In this document: piece after piece, positions 13,623-24,696 of the stretch | How the letters are laid out: every line of letters begins with the position of its first letter | How positions within the stretch are numbered: position 1 is the stretch's first letter | From: Eledone cirrhosa | Taxonomy: Eukaryota | Direction of reading: 5' to 3' | Assembly (NCBI GenBank): GCA_964016885.1 | Contig: OZ024758.1 | Location: 32,488,001-32,552,000, forward strand | DNA: 64,000 bases | Made by a program: the position numbers and the translations under genes | The notes under the pieces: generated by a model | The model's input: the letters and a program-made list of their open reading frames with translations, nothing else | Told to the model about the DNA's origin: nothing | Databases searched by the model: none

Positions 13623-13959
13623 TTAAGTTCAATTAGTGCGATGTGTGGCCTTTTCCCCTTCAATAGAGAGTAGGTGAAAAGCTTGTTAGAGTTTATTAGT
13701 AAAATCTTCATAATTAACTCTTGATGTTTATATAGTTCTTGATGTTGAGTATTTTTCAGCTAATCTTATTGTTCTACCACAGTCAAGCCTGATCAATCAG
13801 ACATATGATGAAAGGCATTGTAGATCATTCTATCTTTTTAGATATATCTAAGATACAATATCAAATATGTCATTTTTCTTTCTTAACTGTTAAAGTCCTG
13901 TACCACATAATACCAAATTAGCAAGTCATTCGTGAAAAGTATAATACACAAGTCTAAAA

Positions 13960-14070
13960 GGCTTAGTGGTTAGAGAGTTGGATTCACAATTGTGAGGTTG
14001 TGAGTTCAATTCTCGGACTGGGTGATGTGTTGTGTCCTTGAGCAAGACACTTTATTTCATGTTACTCCTT
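13960..14070 (+). mobile_element. tRNA-derived SINE 5' part (Meta/MESC-like core)
   Basis: A-box GGCTTAGTGG, B-box GAGTTCAATTC, core GTTGTGTCCTTGAGCAAGACACTTTA. Confidence 0.8.
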
Positions 14071-14484
14071 CTGCCAGGAGTTGCAACCAGTAGAGAGTAT
14101 CAGTAATGGAAAGGCCAATGGAAACATTGTTTCCTTGGTCCAATTTGATGAGGTCCACCCCACATGGCAAGTGAATGAGGTCTGGGATCTTGTTGATCGA
14201 TCAGAGCGAGCGATAAAACATCATTATGACAACATCACACTAAAAATTGATGTCTTTACTCTAATATTGCAAATTTATCTTGCGAATATAGGCCTAAACC
14301 TGAATTACACTTCAGAATTTTAGGAGTTGACTTATGCGCCAGATCGACTTGTATGCCGCCATATATGGTAAGTTGATTTTATTTATTTATTGAGCTACTA
14401 CAATCAAATATAATACAAACAGCTACTAATGTTTTATTGCTATAAAACTGTCTCTAAAACATTAATATATATGTAAAGTGATCG

Positions 14485-14662
14485 TGTAGGGGTCACGACA
14501 AAAAGCACCCAGCACACACTGTCAATGTGGTTGGCGTTAGGAAGGGCATCCAGCCATAGAAAACCATCCAGAAACTATCCTATATGAGTGAGACACAGTC
14601 ATCCGACCTAACTTGCCTCTGAATGGGACAAACCCGTCTAACCCAAGCTAGCGTGGAAGATA
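14485..14662 (+). mobile_element. SINE with RTE-derived tail
   Basis: GTGGTTGGCGTTAGGAAGGGCATCCAGCC...AACCCAAGCTAGCGTGGAAG. Confidence 0.7.
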
Positions 14663-15465
14663 GTTTAATATATAGTAAATATTGTCAGTTTTCATAAGTA
14701 TGCTCATATATTTTTTTAACATTTTCTGTGTGAAAATATGTAAAATAATATTTATGATAAATGATGAAAATAGATATAAAAAATACAAAAAGTGTTTTGA
14801 TTTTATAGTGAAATTTCACAAGAATTTAATTAAACAGAGTTAATATTACAGTTGACATTCATGAGAGCCTGCTTAAACTGTTCAACCTAATAATAAAATC
14901 AATAAAACTATTTGATGAATATAAAATGTTGATGATATAATCAGTTTAAATGACCTACATCCATGCATCTTTAAGCTATATTCAAAAATATTCCCATAAA
15001 ACGATTCAAATTTGAAAGCTTGATGCAAACTTTAATCCTTTAGCATTTAAACTGGACATATCTGACTAGCATTCTCTCACCTCTTTCTGTTCAAACTGGC
15101 CCCAACCGGTCCCTTAAGGTATTGTTTTCAAAATTAATAATATCAAAATCTTGTACATTCGATATTATGTGAGATAGTTATGTGAGGTAGGATCTTAACT
15201 GTAAAAATACAATAGTATATATATAGAGTAATTTCTTTATTTGCCACCAGGGCACAAAAGGTAGGGACAGATACAAGGGGGGAAGTTTACATATAATTAA
15301 TGAGTACAAAAATATAACAATGAAATAACAACAACAAACGAAGTCCTCAATAGGGAGGGGGCATTAACATGGGTCGCACACACCCCGGAAAAATGTGCAG
15401 CTCTTCTCCTCAGGAGCACAAAGAGTAGGTGCTTCCCTCGTCCCCTCTTTTTCCTCTTCTTTCAC

Positions 15466-18400
15466 CTACAGGCTGATATAGAGAGAAGACCCATTCACTC
15501 TGGCCATTCTCCCTACTTTCACCCACCTTTCATAAAACTTGCTGGGGTAGAGCACCTCTCTCGCCATTCTGATCCTTCTTTTAAAATGGTATTTGAAAAA
15601 GGGGACCAGTTGTTGGCCGGAGAGAAAGGTGTCTGACCTCAGCCCTTTCAGCCTCGTCCACCATACAACTTCTTTAGCCATGGCTATCACACAAAGAAAA
15701 ACCGCCTCTCCTTCGTTTTTGAAAGGGGGAGGCGGTTTGATCGTGACAATGGACTCGGTGGTCAACCGGATTGGTCCCACCCTCGACAGTAGTCGTTCCA
15801 CATAGCCCCACAGGTCAGTAATGCCTGGGCAGTGTACGAATGCGTGCGCAACGGTTTCGTCGTCATGCATGCATCTCGGACAGATCTTATTCAAAGGATC
15901 CCTACCCAGGCTCCCATGCCTGTGGAGCTTGTCTCGAACGGGTAGAGCCCCTCGGTAGCACTGCCAAGCCAGGGACTTTTGGAAGTTGTCCATCGGTCCA
16001 GGGCCAAACGTCCTACCGAACAGACTGGCCAGTTCATCTTCCTCCATGCCTAGAGCTTCTCCGAGAGCATCGTCGCACCTGCTGTGTACCAACCCTCTAT
16101 AGAATGTCGAGGTGGAGTCTCCACTGATTGCCGGGTCTGCTTTCCAGAGGGCCGTGAGCGCCTGGGCACATTCAATGTGCCAGTCGCCCACTTTTCTCGG
16201 TCTTTGCTTGACCCAGGATTGCAGCTCGGTGAGCGAGACGAGTCTAGGAAAGGCTCGCCTCACAAACGGGGACCACACCGGTTGACCGGTGAGGAATACC
16301 TGGAGGTGCCGTAGCCTTAATGCGTGTTTACGCATCTGTAGCCACGGCATCCCCAGCCCTCCTTTCGAAGGGTGTTGACAGCAGATGGATCTCCTCACCA
16401 AAAGGGTCCGCTTGTTCCAAAGAAATTGGAACAGCGCGCACTCCATTTTGGCAAGTCTTTTCACTGGGCAAGGCACGACGGTCAAGCGGTAGTAGATGAC
16501 GGATGCTATATAAGTATTTGCCACCTCCGCTCGACCTTTCAGGGATAGTTTGCACTGGGCCCACTTCTGGGTGAGTGCAAACACCCTGGCCGTTACCTCG
16601 TTCCAGTTTTTCTCCACCTGGAGGTCTGGTCCGAACCAGACCCCGAGCAGCTTCACCGGGCCCTCCGTCCAGCGTCCGATGACGTCATTGGAGGGCATCG
16701 GTTTGCCTCTCCATGTTCCGGGTTGCAAACCGATGGAATTGTCCCGGTTCAGCTTGGCTCCTGTAAACCTTTCATATTCCTCCAGTAAGGTGCCGATCTC
16801 ACCGATTTGCGAGGTTTTTCGACACCATTACTGTCACGTCATCGGCGTAGGCCAACGCCGCTTTCTGCAATCCCGGTTCCAAAGGGATGCCTTGCAACCG
16901 CTCCAACTTCCGCAGTAGTGGCTCAAGAGCCAGCACATACAGAAGGGAGGAGAGAGGGCATCCCTGTCGGATGGATCGCATGATTTGGAACGGCTCCGAG
17001 AGGTGGCCGTTCACCTTGACCCTTGAGCAGACGTTGCTGCTGTGCATCGCAGCAATCTAACTCCTGAAAACGGGTCCGAAGCCTGCCGCCGCGAGCACCG
17101 CATCCAGGTAATGATGGTCAACCCTATCGAAAGCTTTAGATTGATCCAAGTTGATCAGGGCCCCACCAAAGCCGGGTTCATTCCCTACCCTCTCTATGAT
17201 GTATCGCATAAGGTGGAGATTGTCGTGAATGGACCTGGACGGGATTGCGCATGTCTGCGCTTCTCCCACCAAGTTTCCGACGACAAGCGCCAACCTCTTC
17301 GCTAACACCTTGGCCAAAATCTTTAACTCTGCATTTAGCAGAGTTATGGGCCTGAAGTTACTTATGTCATCCCCCTTGTTCTCGTCCTTCCTCACCAGCG
17401 TAACTACGCCCTTGGCCACAGAACTGGGAATTCTCCCGTTCTGCTGCCAGTTGCAGTAGACCGCTTCGAGGATATCGGAGAACAAGTCCGGCATCGCTAC
17501 ATATAGCTCGGATGGTAGACCATCGAGACCCGGGGATTTGCGTTTGCCGCATTGGCTCAGCGCCGCTCCTATCTCAGCAGCTGAAATCGGCCTTTCGCAG
17601 GACTTCGCCTCCCCGTCCGAGAGGCGCGGCAGACCATCGAGGTATGGATTGAAATCCATAGTCTCACCCGGCGCGCCACCCCTCCCGAACTGTCGTGCAA
17701 AGTGCCGCTGAAAGGCCGCACACATCTGCCCAGGTTCAAGGATCACACGCCCATCCTGGTCCTTCAAAGACCGAATCGTGGACTTGTTCCCACTTTTTGC
17801 CTCTGTCACTCGGGCCCAGCTAACAGCTTTGGCTCCCTCATTACCCAGAGCACGTATTTTACTCCTGACAACGCAGCCCTCGTGCTTCACATCAAAGAAC
17901 TGGTCTAAGGCCATTCTTGATGCCAGCACGCTGGCTACATTGCCACTCCTAATCGCCTCTTCTACTCTATCTACTAATTCCCTTTCCGTCTTGTTCCTAT
18001 CCCTTGCTAATTCCTGACTAAAACCTATCGATTCTATTCTAATTGCTCTCTTAAGAGAGCTCCACCACCTGTTGTTGACAATTACCCCTGTCAAACTCTG
18101 CTTAAATAATGTGCTAATCCGTTTACTGTAAGCTTTGCTTCTCGGTAAGGACAAGTTCAGCTTCCAGTAACCGGGTCCCTGTGTATGGGTTCTATCAAGG
18201 TTGGCTATGCAGGTCACTAACTTGTGATCCGAATAGTCAACCATGAACATTTTTGGACAGCTAAATGTGTCCCTATCCTTATCTCTAACTCGGACCCTAT
18301 CTAGGTACAACCTAGATGTTCCGCTGCGATTGGTCCACGTCCATAGTGGTACAGTCGGAAAATGTAGTCGATATCTATCGGCCAGGTCAAATCGGCCGAT

Positions 18401-18893
18401 TAACCTTTTGAAGCTTTTACACCCCCCTCTATTGGCACATGCCCCTACATAGTCCCAACGTGCATCCAGGATACCATTCCAGTCCCCCACTAAAAGCAAG
18501 GAGCGGTACGTTCCCAGAAAAGTTTCCAGACGTTGGAAGTAGTTCGGCCGCGCTGCCCAACACAGCAATTAGTCTAAGGGCTCCACTTTCACTACTGCCG
18601 ACGTCTAAAACCACCAGTCGACCCTCCGGGTCCAGGTGCACCTTCTGTATGGCGGGGCCCAGGTGTTTTCGCAGCAGAACGACAACTCCACTCCCACCCC
18701 CCGGTTGACAGAGAGATGCGAAGATCTCAAAGTCGTCGAAGAGGGGCGCCAGTTGGCGCTCGCTGCTGATCCTCGACTCGCAAATAGCCATTACATCCAT
18801 TCTATGCGACCTGAGATCGTTTAAAAGTTTGCCTTGTTTCCAAGACAGTCCCAGGCCGATTACATTCAGACACCCAACTCTTATATCAGCCAT
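15466..18893 (-). pseudogene. Tx1 ORF2 (APE endonuclease, reverse transcriptase, C-terminal CCHC finger), about 3 frameshifts
   Basis: GCLNVIGL, MAICES, GDWN, WTW, YSDH, GYWKLN, KSPGLDG, NFRPITLLN, DQSKAFDRVDH, IRQGCPLS, AYADD, CPRC..ETVAHAFVHC across ORFs 18429-18893, 17057-18568, 16799-17047 and 15466-16728. Confidence 0.93.
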
Positions 18894-18961
18894 GTTGGTT
18901 AAAAGAGGAAGGACCTACCTGTTCTGCTCCTGAGGAGCAGGTTGCACAATATCCATGGGCG

Positions 18962-20611
18962 TCATGGAGGGGTTGTTTGGTGGGGTGGGGTGTTTGGTGA
19001 GGTGTGGGTGGGGAAACGTTTCAAGAGGACACGGTTATAGGGTCGAGTACATGTTTTCCCCACGTCCTCAGGAAAGTTCTCACTTAGTTTTGCATAGGTG
19101 TCCATTGGGAGTCTTATCATTTTTAAATGCGGTTTGTTGGCCGCGCTTGCAAAGAATTGCCCTTCAGTTTCCACCGAAGGGTCTTTGTGTATTGTTTTTA
19201 CTAGTTCTTTGTTATTTGTGTTAATGCATGTATACTGTTTTATTTGTGTTGTGTTTGTTTGTTGTGCTTGTGTGTGCTTGCGTTTTGTTGTATGTGTTAT
19301 GTTTTGGGGTGGGGTGGATTTTGTTTGTTCTGTTTGTGTTGTTTTTGTTGGTGGTTGTGTGTTTGTTTTGTTTATGTTCGTGTGGTGTTTTCTTTTTTTT
19401 CTTTTTACAGGTTGGAAGGGTCCCCCTTCTTCGTCACTAGGTGCCATTTCAGCTGGGTCCTCGTCTGTGCTGTCGGGTAGTGATGTATTTTGGGGTTTTG
19501 TTGTGTTTGTGTGTGTTTTTGGAGTTGTTTTGGGTGGGACCGTGTCTTGTGTTATTTTTCCGTGTTGTTTTTGTTGTTGTTGTTGTTGTGGTGGTGGTGG
19601 TGGTGTGTGGGGTGTAGGCAAAAGAGCCTTTTTTTTTGTCAATTGAGGACAGGCAGCCCTTAGATGACCCCTGCTTGAACAGTAGTAACATATGGGCCTC
19701 CTACCCTCGGCTGAAATATGTACAAATGTTTCTCCATCGAGGGACACCCTCTGTGGTATTCTAGCTATTCGTTCTGGTCTCATTTAGACCAGAACCTCCA
19801 CGCTCAAACCGCCGAAAACGTCTGTGGTGACTTCTCCTACTGAGAGGATTCCGTCCTCGTCTATTAAAAATCCTGTAAGTACCCAGGAAATGCATGCATT
19901 TGGCCGGATTCCGGAGACTCTTATTTTTTGCATTCTTTTCCCCAAATATATGTGGAAAAATGTATGTAGCTTGGAAACAATTGGCAACACAGAGTATTTC
20001 CTAGCCGTCAGTTGATCCTTCATTAGCACCGTTATATTCCCATAGAGTGGCCCTTTTTGTATGAACGATATATCACTCCACACATTTTTTAGGACCAGCT
20101 CAATTTCTTTTTGGGATAATTGAGCTGGTTTCCTTGTTATGTTGGAAATTGTTCTGAAAGATATCGTTCTTAGTGTCGTGTCTCTTTTGATTTCTTGTGG
20201 GGAGGTGATTGTGAAGTCTCCTCCTTCTTTGAAAGTTACATACTGTTTTGCTTCCTTCATCTTTTCTCTCAGAGTTGTAATGTCCAGTTGCTTGCAGGTC
20301 TGTGTTTTCCGGACCGCCTGTGCAAAGGAGGCACCAGTAGTGGGTTCGCTTTGTTTGGTGTTATCGTTATTTTTTCCCTGGTTGGTGTTGTGACTATTGC
20401 TGTTATTGTCATTGTTGTTTTTGTCTGCGTTTATGTGACTTTCTGGGTTTTCACCCATTTTTACAAATTTTTCTTTTAATTCCGTGTTCCATGTTTCTTT
20501 TGCAGAAGTGAGGAGGGAAGACTTAGAGCATTGTGCTTCTAGCTTCTCTGTATCACCTTTCTTAGGGAGCGTGGTTTTCTCGTTAGGATGAGATGTGAAA
20601 ATTCCGTCCAT
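18962..20611 (-). pseudogene. Tx1 ORF1 (gag-like CCHC knuckle), one in-frame stop at 19784-19786
   Basis: ORFs 19784-20611 and 18962-19783 abut in the same frame; CYYCSSRGHLRAAC knuckle; basic FQPVKRKKRK motif. Confidence 0.85.
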
Positions 20612-21301
20612 TTCTATCAGTTTGCCGTAATAAATTTTAAATGTAAAATTTGCCCCAAAAAGGGGCGAAAATAAATAAACTCAAAGTCTGACGACCCAGG
20701 CAAGGGGTTAACATATATTACAGTACAAAAACAATAAATCAAAACTCACTTTTGAGTAAGTAAATCCAACTCGGTAGCCGAGCTTGTTCACACACGTCAA
20801 CACACGTCTCTCGTATACGAGATGTTATGTGAGATATTATGTGAGGTAAAGTCTTTACCTTGAAAATACAATAGTATATATAGAGTAATGTTAATGTTAT
20901 GTGAGATATTATGTGAGGTAAAGCCTTTACTGTGAAATACAATAGTATATATAGAGTAATGTAAATGTTATGTGAGATATTATGTGAGGTAAAGCCTTTA
21001 CTGTGAAAATACAATAGTATATATAGAGTAATGTAAATGTTATGTGAGATATTATGTGAGGTAAAGCCTTTACTGTGAAAATACAATAGTATATATAGAG
21101 TAATGTAAATGTTATGTGAGATATTATGTGAGGTAAAGATTTTACTATTTCAGAAAGGATATATTGCACATGGCATTTAGTTTTCAGTAAATACACATTT
21201 AGGCAGTGGTGTGTGTCTATATATATATATGTATGTGTGTCGGGTTCAATCGGGGGTAACCACAGTAAGTAAGGTACTCAATACATAGCAGAGTATAAAT
21301 G

Positions 21302-21389
21302 TTTAATATAGAAATGGCTTCTACAGGACTAGTACTGTTTCCTTTGAATGAAACAGTTCTCGTCCTGTAGAAGCCATTTCTATATTAAA
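21302..21389. repeat. Short fold-back hairpin from a Penelope-like terminal repeat (3' half of an HHR)
   Basis: TTTAATATAGAAATGGCTTCTACAGGAC..CTGTTTC / GAAACAG..GTCCTGTAGAAGCCATTTCTATATTAAA; same family at 28113. Confidence 0.75.
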
Positions 21390-21544
21390 TATATCTATAT
21401 CGTTCACTGAATATACACACATTCTTGGGTTGTGTTGTTATTCCTATCCCTGTTGTTGCAGTTGTCATTGTTGTGTTGTTGCTGTTGTTGATAGTGTTCT
21501 TGTCATTGGTATTGTTGTTGTTGTCTATGTTATCAAAATAAGTT

Positions 21545-22580
21545 TTAACTATTTAGCATTTACATTACTCTATATATACTATTGTATTTTCACAGTAAAT
21601 GCTTTACCTCACATAACATTTACATTACTCTATATATACTATTGTATTTTCACAGTAAATGCTTTACCTCACATAACATTTACATTACTCTATATATACT
21701 ATTGTATTTTCACAGTAAAGTCTTTACCTCACATAATATCTCACATAACATTACTCTATATATACTATTGTATTTTCACAGTAAATGCTTTACCTCACAT
21801 AACATTTACATTACTCTATATATACTATTGTATTTTCACAGTAAAGGCTTTACCTCACATAATATCTCACATAACATTTACATTACTCTATATATACTAT
21901 TGTATTTTCACAGTAAAGGCTTTACCTCACATAATATCTCACATAACATTTACATTACTCTATATATACTATTGTATTTTCACAGTAAAGGCTTTACCTC
22001 ACATAATATCTCACATAACATTTACATTACTCTATATATACTATTGTATTTTCACAGTAAAGGCTTTACCTCACATAATATCTCACATAACATTTACATT
22101 ACTCTATATATACTATTGTATTTTCACAGTAAAGTCTTCACCTCACATAACATTCACATTACTCTATATATACTATTGTATTTTCATGGTAAAGGCTTTA
22201 TCTCACATAATATCTCACATAACATTTACATTACTCTATATATACTATTGTATTTTCACAGTAAAGTCTTCACCTCACATAACATTCACATTACTCTATA
22301 TATACTATTGTATTTTCATGGTAAAGGCTTTATCTCACATAATATCTCACATAACATTTACATTACTCTATATATACTATTGTATTTTTGCGGTAGAATT
22401 AAGGTATGGTTCTCAAAATGAATAATATAAAAATATTTTTATATTATTAATCTCACATAATATTTTTATATTATTCATTTTGAGAACCATACCTTAACCT
22501 CAGTATGAGCAGCCGGTTTGAACAGAAAGAGGTGAGAGAATTCTGGCCATATACGGCTGGTTTAAATGCTAACGTGTTAA
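21545..22580 (-). mobile_element. piggyBac-type MITE carrying 13 minisatellite units (60/66/72 bp)
   Basis: TTAA at both ends; unit TTACTCTATATATACTATTGTATTTTCACAGTAAAGGCTTTACCTCACATAA[TATCTCACATAA]CATTTACA; internal hairpin at about 22399-22497. Confidence 0.85.
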
Positions 22581-22909
22581 AGAAGTTACTTATAAATATA
22601 AGCAATAAATAACCGAAGAGGAATAACATCAGAAATGGTAAAAATGTAAATCTTAGAGAAATCTAATTTATTATCTGCTCTTGGCAGTAAAAGGTGTATA
22701 AGGTTATTAAATATTAGAAATTCTTTAAATACCAAAGTGCTGTAGTATAGATTCTTAACATGAGAATGTGGATAAGAAAGTTTTAGGATTAGAAAGTACA
22801 TCCCGTTCCTCTTAATATTTTTCTTATATGCCAAAGTTTGCAGGAAGATTGTCAAGCAGTTTCCATAAACATATATATCTATAAACCATGGAAGCGGGGA
22901 AATTGACAG

Positions 22910-23012
22910 TGGTGATGGTGGTGGTGATGATGATGGTGGTGGTGATGATGATGATGATGATGGTAATGGTGGTGATGATGATGATGTTGCTGATGCTGAT
23001 GGTGATGATGAT
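22910..23012. repeat. (GAT/GGT)n microsatellite
   Basis: Direct reading of the sequence. Confidence 0.9.
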
Positions 23013-23197
23013 CTATTTACCACTGTCATCATTGCCTGACAGCCTGTTCATTCTCAATAAACAGTAAAGGGTTCATTGCTTCAGAAGGGTCTTTGTATAG
23101 AAAACATGGATAACAGGTAGAAATTAGGGAGAGAATAACAACAAATACAGAGGTAAATTCATTTACCTGGAGCTTTGGTAGTATTCTCTGGAATGGA

Positions 23198-23510
23198 AGG
23201 CACTCCATCAGTTACGACAATGAGTGTTCCAATTGATCCGATCAACGAAACAGCCTGCTCATGAATTTAACGTGCAACTGGCTGAGCATTACAAAAACAC
23301 GTGCATTCTTAACATAGTTCTCAGGGAGATTCAGCATGACACAGAATGTGACAAGGCTGGTCCTTCGAATTACAGGTACAAATGAGTTCATTTTTGCCAG
23401 TTGAGTGGACGGGAGCAACATGAAATAAAGTTTCATGCCCAAGGACACAATGCACCGCTGGGAATCAAACTCACGACCCTATGATCTTGAGCTGAATACC
23501 CTAACCACAC
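23198..23510 (-). mobile_element. Full-length tRNA-derived SINE (Meta/MESC-like core)
   Basis: Reverse complement: GTGGTTAGGGTATTCAGCTCAAGATCATAGGGTCGTGAGTTTGATTCCC...TGTGTCCTTGGGCATGAAACTTTATTTC...GATGGAGTGCC. Confidence 0.8.
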
Positions 23511-23542
23511 ACTTTAACTAGTATTCTCTACACATGGCTATA

Positions 23543-23729
23543 TAAGGGTCAGTTGAAAAGTTCATAGGCTGACTATGAAGGACTGATGCTAGAGCTGTGA
23601 AATAGTGCATGCATTAATTTTAACTCTTGTTATTAATAACTGCATTGTTTCTTTCCAGGGGAGTATCTTGGGGAGTTTCATTCCATGAGAGTATCTTGGT
23701 CAGGCTATGAACTTTTCAGCCAACCCTCA
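23543..23729 (+). mobile_element. Tc1/mariner-type MITE
   Basis: TA-flanked TIRs AGGGTCAGTTGAAAAGTTCATAGGCTGAC / GTCAGGCTATGAACTTTTCAGCCAACCCT; homolog of 10340. Confidence 0.8.
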
Positions 23730-24039
23730 TATATGTCTCTAATTTAGGCAGAATGCCAGAAATTTCAATTTAAGTGAAAATCACTTAAATCTGCTTCCAT
23801 ACAAGCATGTCAATCCGATCAATTTTTAAGTCTCTCATAGGATTACTCCCTTGATAATGGGCTTTTAAACCTGAAAATATTTGGGATGGTCAAATTTAGT
23901 TAGGTAAGATTCTTTTATCTTGGCAATTTAGCTTTCTTCATACGCATTGTGTTGGTCTTCAAAATTTAAATTTGTGTTCCCTATTAAACAATCTTCAAGC
24001 AAGCTACAACACTCTGTTATATATATATTTATTAAACAC

Positions 24040-24202
24040 TGAGTTTCAGAAGATCCCGTTAAGGGTGAAAGCACTGATTCTTTGCTTAAACTTTAATCTG
24101 TTATTTTAATAAATATTTGCTCTATGGTTCATATATATTTGATATATATTTATCCTTATCACGCCCTCTTTGGATTTTAGTCTTCACATTTATTATTATT
24201 GC
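24040..24202 (+). mobile_element. Dispersed Penelope-like terminal module with an HHR-like variant and AATAAA
   Basis: CAGAAGA-TCCC(GTTAA)GGGT-GAAAG...TTTTAATAAA...; homologs at 25497, 34815, 37940 and 55980. Confidence 0.55.
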
Positions 24203-24221
24203 TATATATATATATATATAT

Positions 24222-24426
24222 ATAAATGAGTTGTTGACTTGATATTTTTCCTCTCTTTACGTTCCTTCACCATTCGTCTCTGTTTACATTTTCTTTTCTC
24301 TCTCTCCCCTTTTTTTTTATCCCAATAACTTATTTTAGTTATTGTTCACCCTAGGCTGAGGTATCTTGTCTCTAATGCGAAGAAATACCTATGATTCCTA
24401 GCAGACAACTGACGATGGATAATCCC
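24222..24426 (+). mobile_element. Penelope-like terminal-repeat fragment: hairpin, k-turn-like stem, then CUGACGA
   Basis: Homologous to 33670-33775; truncated by the SINE that follows. Confidence 0.5.
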
Positions 24427-24429
24427 CGT

Positions 24430-24688
24430 AAAACGGCAAAAAAGCACCCGGCCCACACTGTAAAGTGGACGTGTAGGCACCATGGAAAAAAGCACCCAGC
24501 ACTCACTGTAAATGAGGTTGGTGTTAGGAAGGGCATCCAGCTGTAGAAATCAAGCCAGAATCAGTTCCCGTATGAGCAAGACAAGGTCAGCCGACTGGAC
24601 ACTGCCCACAACAGGACAACCCGTCTAACCCATGCTAGCGTGGAAGAATGGACGTAAAACGGTGATGATGATGATGACGATGATGATA
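24430..24688 (+). mobile_element. SINE with RTE-derived tail
   Basis: GGTGTTAGGAAGGGCATCCAGCTGTAG...CATGCTAGCGTGGAAGAATGGACGTAAAACGGTGATGATG. Confidence 0.8.
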
Positions 24689-24696
24689 TATATATA

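Larger units (their letters stand above)
15233..20822 (-). mobile_element. Near full-length Tx1-type (L1 superfamily) non-LTR retrotransposon
   Basis: 5' UTR, ORF1 with zinc knuckle, ORF2 APE-RT-CCHC, 3' end AATAAAGAAA; few disabling mutations. Confidence 0.93.
15032..21143 (+). mobile_element. piggyBac-type MITE with minisatellite, split by the Tx1 insertion; right TIR lost
   Basis: Left part 15032-15232 (TTAA-TCCTTTAGCATTTAAAC...GAGTAAT); the 72-bp array resumes at 20823-21143. Confidence 0.75.

Noticed and set aside
13960-14020. Possible tRNA gene (A/B boxes); similar motifs at 23440-23510 and 48050-48137
   Set aside because: No acceptor stem; continues into a SINE core, so these are tRNA-derived SINE heads
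21430-22425. 331-aa and 279-aa ORFs; also considered as a CRISPR-like array
   Set aside because: They are open only because the 60/66/72-bp units are multiples of 3 and stop-free; no unique spacers, no cas genes, and a eukaryotic MITE context
23165-23240. Minus-strand LIVVTDGVP...GTAAAT resembling a vWA exon with a splice donor
   Set aside because: The peptide lies in the 3' tail of the SINE at 23198-23510
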